Positions 1-12,304 are shown, numbered from the stretch's first letter. The stretch is 64,000 nt of DNA from an uncultured Thermodesulfobacteriota bacterium (GCA_964543765.1 CAZIZI010000002.1:78017-142016); one strand, 5' to 3'. Translations and numbers: made by a program. Notes: generated by a model not told the origin, from the letters alone.

Positions 1-1625
1 ATCCTTAGAGCTGGTTCTAAGATGCTTTCAAGATACAAGAAAATATCCCTGGAGTTTCTTTCACCTGTGTATAAGATTTTAAGCAAATAATCTACCGCTC
101 CTTGGTCAAAGGTTATATCAATACCGTAACGATCTTTAAATGCCCTTTCAAAAGTCCTTATTTGCTTATAAGAGCGCCACATGTCTTCAAGGGCACTATT
201 AAAGTCATCCTCACCTTGAAGGAGTTTATTCACCAACAACTCAACCCTTTCTCCTTCAAAAAGTGGGCCGTATTGTGACTCGAATTCGGCTTTTCTTGAT
301 AAAATATAATTCTTTATGTCCTCTTTTTCTTTACGGAGAGCATCTTCAAAGCGTTTAAGATAGTTCTCATCGAGGGGGTTACTTAATAACTTCTCCAATT
401 CTGCTTCAGGGTTATCCACCAATTCCTTGGTTACCAAAAGATGTCTGATGTTACTTGAGGGGAGTTTTCTCTCATATTTTAAGAGCACGTTTTCCAATAC
501 GCTCACAAGTCCTCGGGCCCCTGTCTTTTGGGCATAAGCCAATTCGGCTATTCTCCATAAGGCGGCGTCTTCAAAGACCACTTCTATCCCATAGGCTCGG
601 AAGTCACGTTTTTTATTGACAATCAAAGGATTATTAGGGTTTTTGAGGATGGAATAAAGGTCCTCTATCCCGAGGGGTTCAAGAACCGCAATTACAGGTA
701 ATCTCCCCACAAACTCCGATTCAAAGCCATATTCGATTAGGTCTTCGGGCGTCACATGTTTTAAATATTCAAATCGTTCCTCTTTTGACTTCACTTCTTG
801 AGCAAAACCGATCCCCTCTTTTTTTAAGCGTCGGCGCACAATGTCCTCTAATCCATTGAAGGCTCCGCTCACGATGAACAAGATATGCCTTGTGTTAATG
901 GTTCTTTTCTGCCTTTTCCCCGTACGTCGCCATTGTTCGATGGCTTCCCATTGAGAGAGAGGATCATTAGAGGGTTTAAGTTCTACTTCGGTTTCTTCCA
1001 TCAATTTTAAAAGTCCCCTCTGAACCCCTGTACGGGATACGTCGGGGCCTATTACGTTTCCGCTTGAGGCTATTTTGTCTATCTCATCGATATAAACGAT
1101 CCCGTATTGGGCCCTTTCTACATCTCCATCCGCTTCGATCACTAGTTCTCGTACTAAATCCTCCACATCGCCTCCGACGTAACCGGTCTCGCTGAATTTA
1201 GTAGCATCAGCTTTAACGAAGGGTACGCCGATTCTCTCCGCTATGAGCCTAACCATGTAGGTTTTTCCCACCCCAGTTGGACCGATGAGTACGATGTTAT
1301 TCTTCACGCTCCCCAATCCCGTGGGTTCCTTTCCCCTGGATAGGTAATATCTTATGCGGTTATAATGGGTGCAGATCTTGGTGGCGAGTATTTCTTTGGC
1401 TTTCTCCTGTTTTATAATGAAGGTGTTTAAATAAGCTATCAGCTCCTCAGGTTTTATGTCAAAATCGACAGGGGTCTTTCGCCTTTCTGTTTTGTAGGTC
1501 TTATCTTGTATGAAGACCTTTGGTTCGAGCGTGGAGACGACAAGCCTGATTTTATTTCCGTATTTCTTTTCCAAATACTTATTCAACTCCCTTTCAAGTT
1601 CCTTGTAATCCGGTATTTTTTCCAT
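1..1625 (-). CDS. ClpX-like AAA+ ATPase (3' end runs off the window; absent from the ORF track)
   Basis: Manual translation from ATG 1625 (SD GGGAGGAG): MEKIPDYKELERELNKYL...NIVLIGPTGVGKT (Walker A)...ADATKFSETGYVGGDVE...IVYIDEIDKI (Walker B)...VQRGLLKLME...GIGF...GARGL. Confidence 0.85.
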   Translation of the reverse strand, partial: MEKIPDYKELERELNKYLEKKYGNKIRLVVSTLEPKVFIQDKTYKTERRKTPVDFDIKPEELIAYLNTFIIKQEKAKEILATKICTHYNRIRYYLSRGKEPTGLGSVKNNIVLIGPTGVGKTYMVRLIAERIGVPFVKADATKFSETGYVGGDVEDLVRELVIEADGDVERAQYGIVYIDEIDKIASSGNVIGPDVSRTGVQRGLLKLMEETEVELKPSNDPLSQWEAIEQWRRTGKRQKRTINTRHILFIVSGAFNGLEDIVRRRLKKEGIGFAQEVKSKEERFEYLKHVTPEDLIEYGFESEFVGRLPVIAVLEPLGIEDLYSILKNPNNPLIVNKKRDFRAYGIEVVFEDAALWRIAELAYAQKTGARGLVSVLENVLLKYERKLPSSNIRHLLVTKELVDNPEAELEKLLSNPLDENYLKRFEDALRKEKEDIKNYILSRKAEFESQYGPLFEGERVELLVNKLLQGEDDFNSALEDMWRSYKQIRTFERAFKDRYGIDITFDQGAVDYLLKILYTGERNSRDIFLYLESILEPALR

Positions 1626-1676
1626 GATTCTCCTCCCGATGATAGTTTAAGGGTTAAAGCGGAGTCTTTCAAATTT

Positions 1677-2834
1677 TTATCGTTTCGAGGGCAAAAGCTT
1701 CTGAGGGATGCCCAAAAGGAATTTCCCCTCCCTTATCCATCCCTTTAGGACTTCCGCTATTTCCTTGGCCTTTTTATAACTGGAAAGGGGAAAGGTAGGG
1801 ATCTCTTTCCCTTGGAAGCGGATGGTCCCACTTTTTAAATCTTTGTAGCTCACATAACCCAAGGGTTTTACCTCACCTTGGGGATAATCGTAACCGAGAT
1901 CCACTATCTGCGTAAAAAGTTCATCATCGCCAAGACCCGTGTAATAGGCCATCTCCTCGTCAAGGACCGGAATGGGTATGCCGATGCCCACAAAAAGAGA
2001 CGGGCCATATCCTAAGATACTGGCCCCCTTAAGCCATTTGGGACTCATTTCCTTTAGGTTTCCGATAACTGCCAAAGTACCAGCAGGCCCAAGAGGAACG
2101 CCCTTTTCGCTTCGAGGCACCTCTGGGTTGTGTTGGGTACCGTGCCAGACCACATAGCCCTCGGTTCCTCCCAAAAAGATTCGCGTTCCGATGCCTATGG
2201 TACGATAAAACGGGTCCTTAAGCAGGGGGCTTAATTGACCACTACTACAATAACTCACATTACCGCCCCTTGGTTTCAAAACGCCCATGTAAGTGTAAAT
2301 CATACGATCCGAAAGATTAATGGCACAATTGTAATTTTGATAACAATTTCTCGGATTAAACAAAAAGGCATCCTTAAAATCCCAAAGCGTTAACTCCATC
2401 TCCACTCGCCGATTAGGATAACAATCGGTCCCATAACCTTCGGCGACCAATTTTACCTTTTTACCCGATACCAAATCCTCAATGACATGCCCCCCTCCAT
2501 ATTCAAAGGTACCAGGATGTATCTTGTTTAAGGGGTCATCCACGGTGGGCTCAGTGGCACCTATATAGATATCAACCGCCGCAAGCCCCGCATAAGCGGG
2601 TACATTATTAATCCATACCCGATGAGCTTTTATCCTCGGGCGAGTGTGACCGAAGTTTAAAAAAGCCCCAGAAGAACACATGGGGGCGAAGGTACCGGTA
2701 GTAACCACATCGACTTCTTTGGCTGCCCTTTCTACTCCCTTTGACCTTACTATCTTTACCATTTCCTCCGCGGTTACCACCACTGCTTCGCCTCGTTTTA
2801 TCTTTTCGTTGATCTCCTCAAACGTTTTGGCCAT
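1677..2834 (-). CDS. Homocysteine biosynthesis protein (DUF39, L-aspartate semialdehyde sulfurtransferase family)
   Basis: KTFEEINEKI..AVVVTAEE, VDVVTTGTFAPMCSSGAFLNFGH, NPRNCYQNY, GTQHNP motifs; start taken at ATG 2834 after GGAGG. Confidence 0.85.
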   Translation of the reverse strand: MAKTFEEINEKIKRGEAVVVTAEEMVKIVRSKGVERAAKEVDVVTTGTFAPMCSSGAFLNFGHTRPRIKAHRVWINNVPAYAGLAAVDIYIGATEPTVDDPLNKIHPGTFEYGGGHVIEDLVSGKKVKLVAEGYGTDCYPNRRVEMELTLWDFKDAFLFNPRNCYQNYNCAINLSDRMIYTYMGVLKPRGGNVSYCSSGQLSPLLKDPFYRTIGIGTRIFLGGTEGYVVWHGTQHNPEVPRSEKGVPLGPAGTLAVIGNLKEMSPKWLKGASILGYGPSLFVGIGIPIPVLDEEMAYYTGLGDDELFTQIVDLGYDYPQGEVKPLGYVSYKDLKSGTIRFQGKEIPTFPLSSYKKAKEIAEVLKGWIREGKFLLGIPQKLLPSKR

Positions 2835-2904
2835 GATATAGACCTCCAATTAATCCATTTTACTTGCCTCCTTTTAATAGATCAAGTTAAGGCAAAATAG
2901 GGGG

Positions 2905-2941
2905 TTGACATTTTTGGGTAAATTTGTGAAGATAATCACAT
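2905..2941 (+). promoter_or_regulatory. TTGACA -35 plus Rex/CRP-type palindrome TTGTGAAGATAATCACAT upstream of the hydrogenase operon
   Basis: TTGACA 2905-2910; TGTGA-N6-TCACA 2925-2940; two mismatches to the Rex consensus TTGTGAA-N4-TTCACAA. Confidence 0.65.
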
Positions 2942-2964
2942 CGTAAGCGAATAAAGGAGGAAGG

Positions 2965-3999
2965 ATGATGTCTTTGAGGATAATGAAAAAGGAAGAGGGG
3001 TATGAGTTTTTAGAAGGTGTAAAAAGGGATTATCGAGTTATAGCTCCGGTAGCAGAGAACGGCTTTTTTGTCTTTAAACCGTTAGAGGAGGTGAAGGAGG
3101 CCGTATTTGATTATTCTATTGCCATTTATCCGGTGAAAAATTTTCTCCTTCCTCCCTATGAGGACTATCTGAAGTTCAAGCGGGCTGAAGTTCCTCAAGT
3201 GGAAGTCCTTTCGGAGGGAGTTCCTCAGACGGTCCTTTTTGGAATGAGGCCTTGTGATCTGAATTCCCTTTCCCTTTTGGACGATGCCTTTTTGGGTGAT
3301 CCTTTGGATATGCTTTATAAGAAGCGAAGGGATAACTTTGTTTTCATTGTGATGGATTGTATGGCCCCTTGTGACGAATTTAGTTTCTGTAAAGACATGG
3401 GCACTTTAAACGTAGAGAAAGGTTTTGACATTTTGGTGACCAAGGTAAATGATCTTTATTTTTTCAAACCCGGTAGTGATAAAGGGGCTTCCTTAATTCA
3501 AAAGTATGGGAAAGGAAAAGAGGCCTCTTCTGAGGAAGAGAGCCTTTTGAGAAAGGCCTATGAGGAACGGGAGAAGAACTTCTTCAAAAAATTGAAGATG
3601 GATAAAAATGAGTTACCCAAGATATTGTGGAACGGACACAACAGCCCGTATTGGGAGGAAGTTGCTAAAAAGTGCCTTTCCTGTGGTTCCTGTAATTTGG
3701 TATGCCCTACCTGTTATTGTTTTGATGTGAGGGATAAGGTGGAGATAAACCTTAAAGAAGGTGTGCGATTTAGGACATGGGATGGGTGTATGCTTGTAGA
3801 TTTTGCCAAGGTAGCGGGGGGTGAGAATTTCAGGCCCACAACGGTTCAAAGGCTTCGTCACCGTTTCCTCAGAAAGGGCAAATATCTACTGGATCGTTAC
3901 GGGAAGGTAGGTTGTGTGGGTTGTGGAAGGTGTACAAGACATTGTTTGGTTAAGATTAATCCCATTGAAGTTTATAATGGTCTTTACAATCGGATTTAA
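2965..3999 (+). CDS. hydB: Group 3b [NiFe] sulfhydrogenase beta subunit (4Fe-4S, AsrA-like)
   Basis: GMRPCD, CLSCGSCNLVCPTCYCF, CVGCGRCTRHC; first gene of a beta-gamma-delta-alpha operon. Confidence 0.88.
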   Translation: MMSLRIMKKEEGYEFLEGVKRDYRVIAPVAENGFFVFKPLEEVKEAVFDYSIAIYPVKNFLLPPYEDYLKFKRAEVPQVEVLSEGVPQTVLFGMRPCDLNSLSLLDDAFLGDPLDMLYKKRRDNFVFIVMDCMAPCDEFSFCKDMGTLNVEKGFDILVTKVNDLYFFKPGSDKGASLIQKYGKGKEASSEEESLLRKAYEEREKNFFKKLKMDKNELPKILWNGHNSPYWEEVAKKCLSCGSCNLVCPTCYCFDVRDKVEINLKEGVRFRTWDGCMLVDFAKVAGGENFRPTTVQRLRHRFLRKGKYLLDRYGKVGCVGCGRCTRHCLVKINPIEVYNGLYNRI

Positions 4000-4007
4000 T
4001 TGGAGGT

Positions 4008-4826
4008 ATGGAGATGGATTTGGTTTATAAGCCGAAATTAGCGAAAATTCTTGAGGTTAAGGAACTTACGGCAAGGGAAAAACTTTTCACTTTAAGGCTT
4101 GAGAATGGTGAATCCTTGAATCATCAGCCGGGTCAATTCGTAGAAGTTTCGGTTTTTGGGGTAGGGGAATGTCCCATAAGTATATGTTCTTCTCCCACCA
4201 GAGGTCCGGAGTTTCAGATGTGCGTTAGGGCTATAGGTAATGTGACCAATGCCATCCACCAGCTTAAACCTGGGGATTACGTGGGGATAAGGGGACCATA
4301 TGGTCGAGGATTCCCTGTGGAGGAAGCCAAAGGGCAAGATTTGCTTTTGGCAGCAGGTGGGTTGGGGATGGCTCCTTTGAGGTCCTTTATCCAATATCTC
4401 ATGGATAAAAGATCCGATTATGGGGAAATAACGATCCTTTATGGTTCAAGGGAGCCTAAGGAGATTCTTTTTGGGGATGAAATCGATCTTATGAAAAGCA
4501 TTGGGCAGTGTTATCTTACCGTGGATCGGGGTGATGAGACATGGCAGGGGCATGTGGGGGTGATAACTACCTTATGTCCGATTGTAAAGGTTAACCCTCA
4601 AAGGACCATCGCTATTACGGTAGGTCCTCCGGTTATGTATAAGTTTATCCTTAAGGAATTCTTTAATATGGGGATCCCTGAGGATCGGATATATGTGGAT
4701 CTTGAGCGCCATATGAAATGTGGGGTGGGAAAGTGTGGGCATTGTCAAATAAATGGGCTTTATGTTTGTAAAGAAGGCCCAGTTTTTAAGTATACGGAAA
4801 TAAAAGAATTGCCCGAGGCAATTTAA
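4008..4826 (+). CDS. hydG: Sulfhydrogenase gamma subunit (FAD/NAD(P)-binding, 2Fe-2S)
   Basis: PGQF, RGPYGRGF, AGGLGMAPLRS, GPPVMY, ERHMKCGVGKCGHC..C. Confidence 0.9.
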   Translation: MEMDLVYKPKLAKILEVKELTAREKLFTLRLENGESLNHQPGQFVEVSVFGVGECPISICSSPTRGPEFQMCVRAIGNVTNAIHQLKPGDYVGIRGPYGRGFPVEEAKGQDLLLAAGGLGMAPLRSFIQYLMDKRSDYGEITILYGSREPKEILFGDEIDLMKSIGQCYLTVDRGDETWQGHVGVITTLCPIVKVNPQRTIAITVGPPVMYKFILKEFFNMGIPEDRIYVDLERHMKCGVGKCGHCQINGLYVCKEGPVFKYTEIKELPEAI

Positions 4827-4839
4827 AAGGAGGCTTAGG

Positions 4840-5580
4840 ATGAAGCCAAAAGTGGCGATATTTGAGTTTGGGTGCTGTGAAGGATGCCAATTACAACTGG
4901 TTAACCTTGAGGAAAGGCTTTTGGATTTGGCGGAGATGGTGGATGTGGTTTCTTGGAGGGAAGCAAGTAGTGAGCATCATGAAGGGCCTTATGATGTCAC
5001 CTTTGTGGAAGGCACTGTCACCAGGGAGGAGGAGATAGAGAGGTTGAAGAAGATAAGGGAGGATTCGAAGGTGCTTATTGCCCTTGGGGCCTGTGCCCAT
5101 TTGGGAGGGGTTAACTGCAATAAGAACGTAATGGATCAGGATGAAGTGAGACGTTACGTTTATGGCGATAAGGCCTCTTGGTTTCCCTCCATATTGGCGA
5201 GGCCCTTGAGTGCGGTAGTGAAAGTGGACTATGCGATCCCAGGGTGTCCGATTGACAAGGAGGAGTTTTTACAGGTAGTAACTGCTCTCCTTCTGGGCAA
5301 AGAGGTGAGGTTGCCCAATTATCCTGTATGTGTGGAGTGTAAGAAGGCCAATAATATATGCGTATTTGAAAAGGGGCTCTTTTGCTTAGGACCTATTACC
5401 AGAGCCGGCTGTGGAGCCAGGTGTCCTTCTTTTGGAGCTAGGTGTATCGGATGCCGTGGCCTTGTGGATGAGCCCAATGTGGAGGCCCATAAGGAAGTGA
5501 TGAGGACTTATGGGCTTGATTTTGAGGATGTGATCAAAAAATATAGGTTATTTTGGGGCTATTTGGAGGTGGGGAAATGA
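4840..5580 (+). CDS. hydD: Sulfhydrogenase delta ([NiFe] small) subunit
   Basis: CCEGC, EGTV, GACA, PGCP, C-terminal Cys cluster CVEC..C..C..C..C..CIGCRG. Confidence 0.9.
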   Translation: MKPKVAIFEFGCCEGCQLQLVNLEERLLDLAEMVDVVSWREASSEHHEGPYDVTFVEGTVTREEEIERLKKIREDSKVLIALGACAHLGGVNCNKNVMDQDEVRRYVYGDKASWFPSILARPLSAVVKVDYAIPGCPIDKEEFLQVVTALLLGKEVRLPNYPVCVECKKANNICVFEKGLFCLGPITRAGCGARCPSFGARCIGCRGLVDEPNVEAHKEVMRTYGLDFEDVIKKYRLFWGYLEVGK

Positions 5581-6863
5581 ATTTGGAGATAAACGTTCAT
5601 CATGTAACTAGAATAGAAGGGCATGGCAACATCGTGGTGAAGGTTGAAAACGGAGAAGTTAAAGAGACGCGCTGGGAGGTGCCTGAAGCTCCTCGCTTTT
5701 TTGAAGCGATGGTAAGGGGGCATCATTATTCTGATGCTCCCTATCTCGTTTCGAGGGTTTGTGGTATATGCAGTATCGCCCATACTTTTGCGGCGCTTCA
5801 AGCTATAGAAGATGCTTTGGAGATCGCGCTTGACGAAGAGTCTCTCCTTTTGAGGAAGCTTCTGCTTCATGCGGAGACCGTTCAGAGTCACATCCTTCAT
5901 GTGGGATATTTGGCATTACCTGACTTTTTGGGAGTTCCGAATGTGATACCCTTAGCAAAAACGCACAGAAATGAACTTCTTACCATAGTGCGTTTACATC
6001 GCTTGGCCAATGAAATGAGCGATGCTATCGGTGGAAGGACTACCCATCCGGTTAACACGGTGGTCGGAGGGTGGACAAAGGTACCCGATCGAGAGGTTTT
6101 GAAGCATTTCCAGGCCCGGTTGAGGGAAGCCATAAGTGACATCAAGGCCTTAGTGAATTTTTGTGCCACTTTAGAGATACCCGATTTTGAAAGGGAGACC
6201 GAGTACATTGCCCTTTATGATCCAAACGAATATGCTTTTTATGGAGGTCAAATAGCTTCGACCGATGAGGATAAGAAAACGCCCTTAAGGGATTATCGTA
6301 ACAAGATCGAGGAGTTTATCGTTCCTTATTCGACGGCTAAAAGGACTAAATCCTTGAGAAGTTCATACATGGTTGGTGCTTTGGCGAGGTTCAATATAAA
6401 TTACAAGCTCCTTTCGCCATTAGCTCAAGAGTGTGCGGAAAAACTCGGACTTAAACCAAGGTGTTACAATACTTTTATGAACAATATTGCTCAAATAGTT
6501 GAGAGCGCCCATGCCATAGAGGAATCAATTCGTATCATAGATGAGTTGCTAAAAAGACCACCAAAAGCCAATTGGTATAAAGGGAAAGGGAAGGCAGGAA
6601 GAGGTGTAGGTGCCGTTGAAGCCCCACGGGGGTTATTGATTCACGAGTACGTGCTTGACGACGAAGGAAGGGTTAAAGGAGCGAATTTGGTGGTTCCTAC
6701 CAACGAAAACCACCAAAATATAGAAGAGGATTTAAAGGCCTATCTGCCCAAATTGTTGGGTAAGCCGAAGGAAGAAATCACCAAAAAGTTAGAAATGTTG
6801 GTAAGGGCTTACGATCCGTGCATCTCTTGTTCAACCCACCTTTTAAGGATAGAGTGGGAATAA
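5577..6863 (+). CDS. hydA: Sulfhydrogenase alpha ([NiFe] large) subunit
   Basis: RIEGHG, L1 RVCGIC, EAPRG, L2 DPCISCSTH plus short cleavable tail LLRIEWE; ATG overlaps hydD stop (ATGA). Confidence 0.92.
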   Translation: MNLEINVHHVTRIEGHGNIVVKVENGEVKETRWEVPEAPRFFEAMVRGHHYSDAPYLVSRVCGICSIAHTFAALQAIEDALEIALDEESLLLRKLLLHAETVQSHILHVGYLALPDFLGVPNVIPLAKTHRNELLTIVRLHRLANEMSDAIGGRTTHPVNTVVGGWTKVPDREVLKHFQARLREAISDIKALVNFCATLEIPDFERETEYIALYDPNEYAFYGGQIASTDEDKKTPLRDYRNKIEEFIVPYSTAKRTKSLRSSYMVGALARFNINYKLLSPLAQECAEKLGLKPRCYNTFMNNIAQIVESAHAIEESIRIIDELLKRPPKANWYKGKGKAGRGVGAVEAPRGLLIHEYVLDDEGRVKGANLVVPTNENHQNIEEDLKAYLPKLLGKPKEEITKKLEMLVRAYDPCISCSTHLLRIEWE

Positions 6864-6871
6864 GCTAAATC

Positions 6872-6907
6872 AAGGGAGAGGGCATTGAAAAAGAAGCCCT
6901 CTCCCTT
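6872..6907 (+). terminator. Hairpin after hydA, probable intrinsic terminator
   Basis: AAGGGAGAGGGC-N12-GCCCTCTCCCTT perfect 12-bp inverted repeat followed by TATTATT. Confidence 0.6.
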
Positions 6908-6913
6908 TATTAT
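6885..6913 (+). promoter_or_regulatory. sigma70-type promoter predicting a leaderless lolA-like mRNA
   Basis: TTGAAA-N17-TATTAT-N7-ATG(6921), no SD. Confidence 0.6.
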
Positions 6914-6920
6914 TAAGACC

Positions 6921-7544
6921 ATGAAAAGGTGGTACTTTGTCCTTGTATTTCTCTTATTTCCCGCTTTCCTTTATGCCTTAAGTGTGGAGGAAGTGGTCGA
7001 GAGGTTAGAGCAAAAGGTTTTATCCTCGGGGAAGATATATATCCAAATGGAAAATACCAGATTTCTTCCTAAAGGTGAGAAGATCGAGATGAAGGGGCTT
7101 ATTTGGCTACAAATGCCGGATAAATTCCGCATGGACATTTTCCCCCCTCACCAGAGCATAACGTTACTTAAGGGGAAGCAATTGTTAATATACTTCCCCC
7201 AAGACAAAGTTCTTCAGGTAGTGACGCTTTCAAAAGATCCTAAGCTTTCCCAGTGGCTCAATTTTCTTCAGAAGCCTTGGGAGGAAATAAAAAGAAGGGG
7301 TGTTATTCGGAGTGTGGAGAAAGAAGGGATTCTGGTGGAGATGGATCCCAAGGATTTGCCGGAACTCGAATCCCTTCGCATCTGGATAGATCAAAACCTT
7401 TGGTTTCCGACAAAGATAGAGATGAAGGAAAAAAACGGAGAGCTTTCCGTTATCAACTACTTAAAAGTTGAGTTTGGGGCCTCTTTTGGAGTTGACATGT
7501 TCGAGTTAAAACTTCCTCCTGATGTGCAGGTTACTGAACTTTAA
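6921..7544 (+). CDS. LolA-family outer-membrane lipoprotein carrier-like protein
   Basis: Signal peptide MKRWYFVLVFLLFPAFLYA; G.IWLQMPDKFRMD; IWID...P.KIE; C-terminal F.LKLPPDV. Confidence 0.7.
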   Translation: MKRWYFVLVFLLFPAFLYALSVEEVVERLEQKVLSSGKIYIQMENTRFLPKGEKIEMKGLIWLQMPDKFRMDIFPPHQSITLLKGKQLLIYFPQDKVLQVVTLSKDPKLSQWLNFLQKPWEEIKRRGVIRSVEKEGILVEMDPKDLPELESLRIWIDQNLWFPTKIEMKEKNGELSVINYLKVEFGASFGVDMFELKLPPDVQVTEL

Positions 7545-8160
7545 AAGGCTTTATGATCTTTCACCCTCTATCGGTGGTCCTGTGCCATATTATCCTGGTG
7601 ATAAGGTTTTTGAAGCCTTCCCTATTTGTACTGTTGAGCGTTCAGGCTGTAATATGCACGAATTACACCTGGGGACTCATACCGGAAGTCATGTGGATGC
7701 CCCTTTCCATTTTTTAAAAGACGGAAAAACAGTGGATCAGATTCCTCTGTATCGGTTTATCGAGATGGTACAAGTTCTGGAGGTTAAGAAGGGCAAAATC
7801 TCGGTAGAAGATCTCTCTTTAGTGGAAGAGGATATAAGGGGAGTTCTTTTTAAAACCAAAAACTCAGAATATATGGGATTGAAATCCTTTTATAAAGATT
7901 ACACCTATTTGACCCTTGAAGCAGCAGAACATTTGATAGAGAGGAAGATAAGGCTTATAGGAATCGATTACGTCTCTATTGAGGAATTTGGTACGCCTTC
8001 TTTCCAAGTTCATAAAAAACTCCTTGAGGCTGAGGTGATACTTTTTGAGGGCTTAAACTTAAAAGACGTTCCCCCGGGAAAGTACTTATTTATCGGTCTT
8101 CCCTTAAGGCTTAAAGGTATGGATGGTTCTCCAGTAAGGGCTATTTTAATAGAGTTTTAA
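7522..8160 (+). CDS. Cyclase family metal-dependent hydrolase (kynurenine formamidase-like)
   Basis: HTGSHVDAPFH, GIDYVSIE, VHKKLL, EGL, DGSPVRA. Confidence 0.85.
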   Translation: MCRLLNFKRLYDLSPSIGGPVPYYPGDKVFEAFPICTVERSGCNMHELHLGTHTGSHVDAPFHFLKDGKTVDQIPLYRFIEMVQVLEVKKGKISVEDLSLVEEDIRGVLFKTKNSEYMGLKSFYKDYTYLTLEAAEHLIERKIRLIGIDYVSIEEFGTPSFQVHKKLLEAEVILFEGLNLKDVPPGKYLFIGLPLRLKGMDGSPVRAILIEF

Positions 8161-8726
8161 TCCCTTCTCACCCTTTCCACGTATTCACCCGTGCGGGTAT
8201 CCACCTTTACGACATCGCCCTCTTGGATAAATAGAGGAACTTGGATAACGGCTCCTGTTTCCAAAGTGGCAGGCTTCGACCCACCTTGTGCGGTATCGCC
8301 CTTTATGCCAGGAGTAGTACTTATGACTTTCAACTCCACGAAGTTGGGCAGTTCAACCCCGATGGGTTTTCCTTTATAAAACAGGATTTTTACCATGGAA
8401 TTTTCGGCCATAAAATTTTCGGCTTCACCCAATTGTTCTCGGGTTAGACTTAACTCCTCGTAAGTCTCAAGGTCTAAAAAATGAAAGGAATCGCCTTCCT
8501 TGTATAGAAACTGGACTTCTTTTTCATCCAATTCGGGTTCATTAAAACTTTCCCCTATGCGGAAGTTTTTTTCCAAAACCCTTCTGGAGACGAGGCTCTT
8601 TATCTTAGTTCGAACAAAAGCCTGGCCTTTGCCAGGTTTTACGTGTAAAAAGTCCACTATTACATAAGGTTCTCCCTCTACTTCGATCTTCAAACCTTTC
8701 CTAAAATCCGAAGTGGAGATCGCCAT
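8157..8726 (-). CDS. efp: Translation elongation factor P
   Basis: HVKPGKGQAFVR, PGIKGDT, KPATLETG, VDTRTGEY. Confidence 0.97.
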   Translation of the reverse strand: MAISTSDFRKGLKIEVEGEPYVIVDFLHVKPGKGQAFVRTKIKSLVSRRVLEKNFRIGESFNEPELDEKEVQFLYKEGDSFHFLDLETYEELSLTREQLGEAENFMAENSMVKILFYKGKPIGVELPNFVELKVISTTPGIKGDTAQGGSKPATLETGAVIQVPLFIQEGDVVKVDTRTGEYVERVRRD

Positions 8727-8735
8727 TTTGCCTCC

Positions 8736-11282
<2,547 letters not shown>

Positions 11283-11321
11283 TGTAGGTTGACAAAAGGA
11301 TAGCTCCCGCTTAAAAATTAA

Positions 11322-12266
11322 GTGATGGAAAAAGCGTGCTTCAAAAGGCCTGACATTATACGTCCTCCCAGTGAGTGGAGAAGTTATTATTTGCCTTTAA
11401 CAAGAGGATGTTCCAATCATTCTTGTACTTTTTGTAATTATTATGGCCAAAAGCTGTCATTAAGGGATTTGGAAGATGCATTAAAGGAGATTGATGCACT
11501 TTACATGTTCAAAAAATATGGAATAGTGTTTTCTGAGATTGATCCGATTGTTTATTATTTGGCCAGTGAATGGGATGGCAAGAGAATTTTTTTGCAAGAT
11601 GGGGATGCTTTAGTTTATCCTTACGATAGATTAGTTAAAGTGCTCGAATATTTGAATGAAAAATTCCCGGGACTTGAACGTATAGGCGCTTATGCTACTC
11701 CTCAAGATATATTAAGGAGGAGTGTGGAAGAATTAAGGAGACTGAAAGAATTGAAGCTCACCATATTGTATGTAGGTCTTGAGAGCGGATCGGATGAGAT
11801 TTTGAGAGAAGTTAAGAAGGGAGTTACTTCTTCTCAGATGATCGAGGCTGCAAAAAGAGTTAAAGAAGCCGGTATAACGCTTTCGGTGACGCTTATTTTA
11901 GGGCTTGGAGGAATGGAAAAAAGCGAAGAACACGCTTATAAGACTGCGGAGGTATTATCCCAGATGGATCCAGAATATGCGGGTGCTTTAACTTTATTAT
12001 TTGTCCCTGGTACTCCTCTTTACCGGGACTGGAAAGAAGGGCGATTTAAACCGATTGATCCCTTTAGGTCGTTAGAAGAACTAAAGATCATAATAGAAAA
12101 TTCCAATTTCACTAACTGTTTCTTTAGTTCAATGCACGCGTCCAATTACGTGGCTATAAGAGGTTTTTTGCCAAAGGACAAGGAAAAGATGGTAAAACAA
12201 CTGGACAATATCCTTCGACAGAAAGACACCTCGTTTTTGAAGCCGGAGTTTTTGCGGGCCCTTTAA
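11322..12266 (+). CDS. Radical SAM protein (uncharacterised family)
   Basis: [16 protein letters not shown] (Cx4CxxC variant), GLESGSD, HASNY. Confidence 0.85.
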   Translation: MMEKACFKRPDIIRPPSEWRSYYLPLTRGCSNHSCTFCNYYGQKLSLRDLEDALKEIDALYMFKKYGIVFSEIDPIVYYLASEWDGKRIFLQDGDALVYPYDRLVKVLEYLNEKFPGLERIGAYATPQDILRRSVEELRRLKELKLTILYVGLESGSDEILREVKKGVTSSQMIEAAKRVKEAGITLSVTLILGLGGMEKSEEHAYKTAEVLSQMDPEYAGALTLLFVPGTPLYRDWKEGRFKPIDPFRSLEELKIIIENSNFTNCFFSSMHASNYVAIRGFLPKDKEKMVKQLDNILRQKDTSFLKPEFLRAL

Positions 12267-12268
12267 GC

Positions 12269-12297
12269 TTGACGCCTTCCGTTTTTTTTCTTAATCT
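12269..12297 (+). promoter_or_regulatory. sigma70-type promoter predicting a leaderless gatB mRNA
   Basis: TTGACG-N17-TAATCT-N7-ATG(12305); upstream is pyrimidine-rich with no SD. Confidence 0.62.
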
Positions 12298-12304
12298 TCT
12301 TTCC

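Noticed and set aside
6815-6845. Possible [NiFeSe] hydrogenase
   Set aside because: The L2 motif reads DPCISCSTH with Cys codons; no in-frame TGA.
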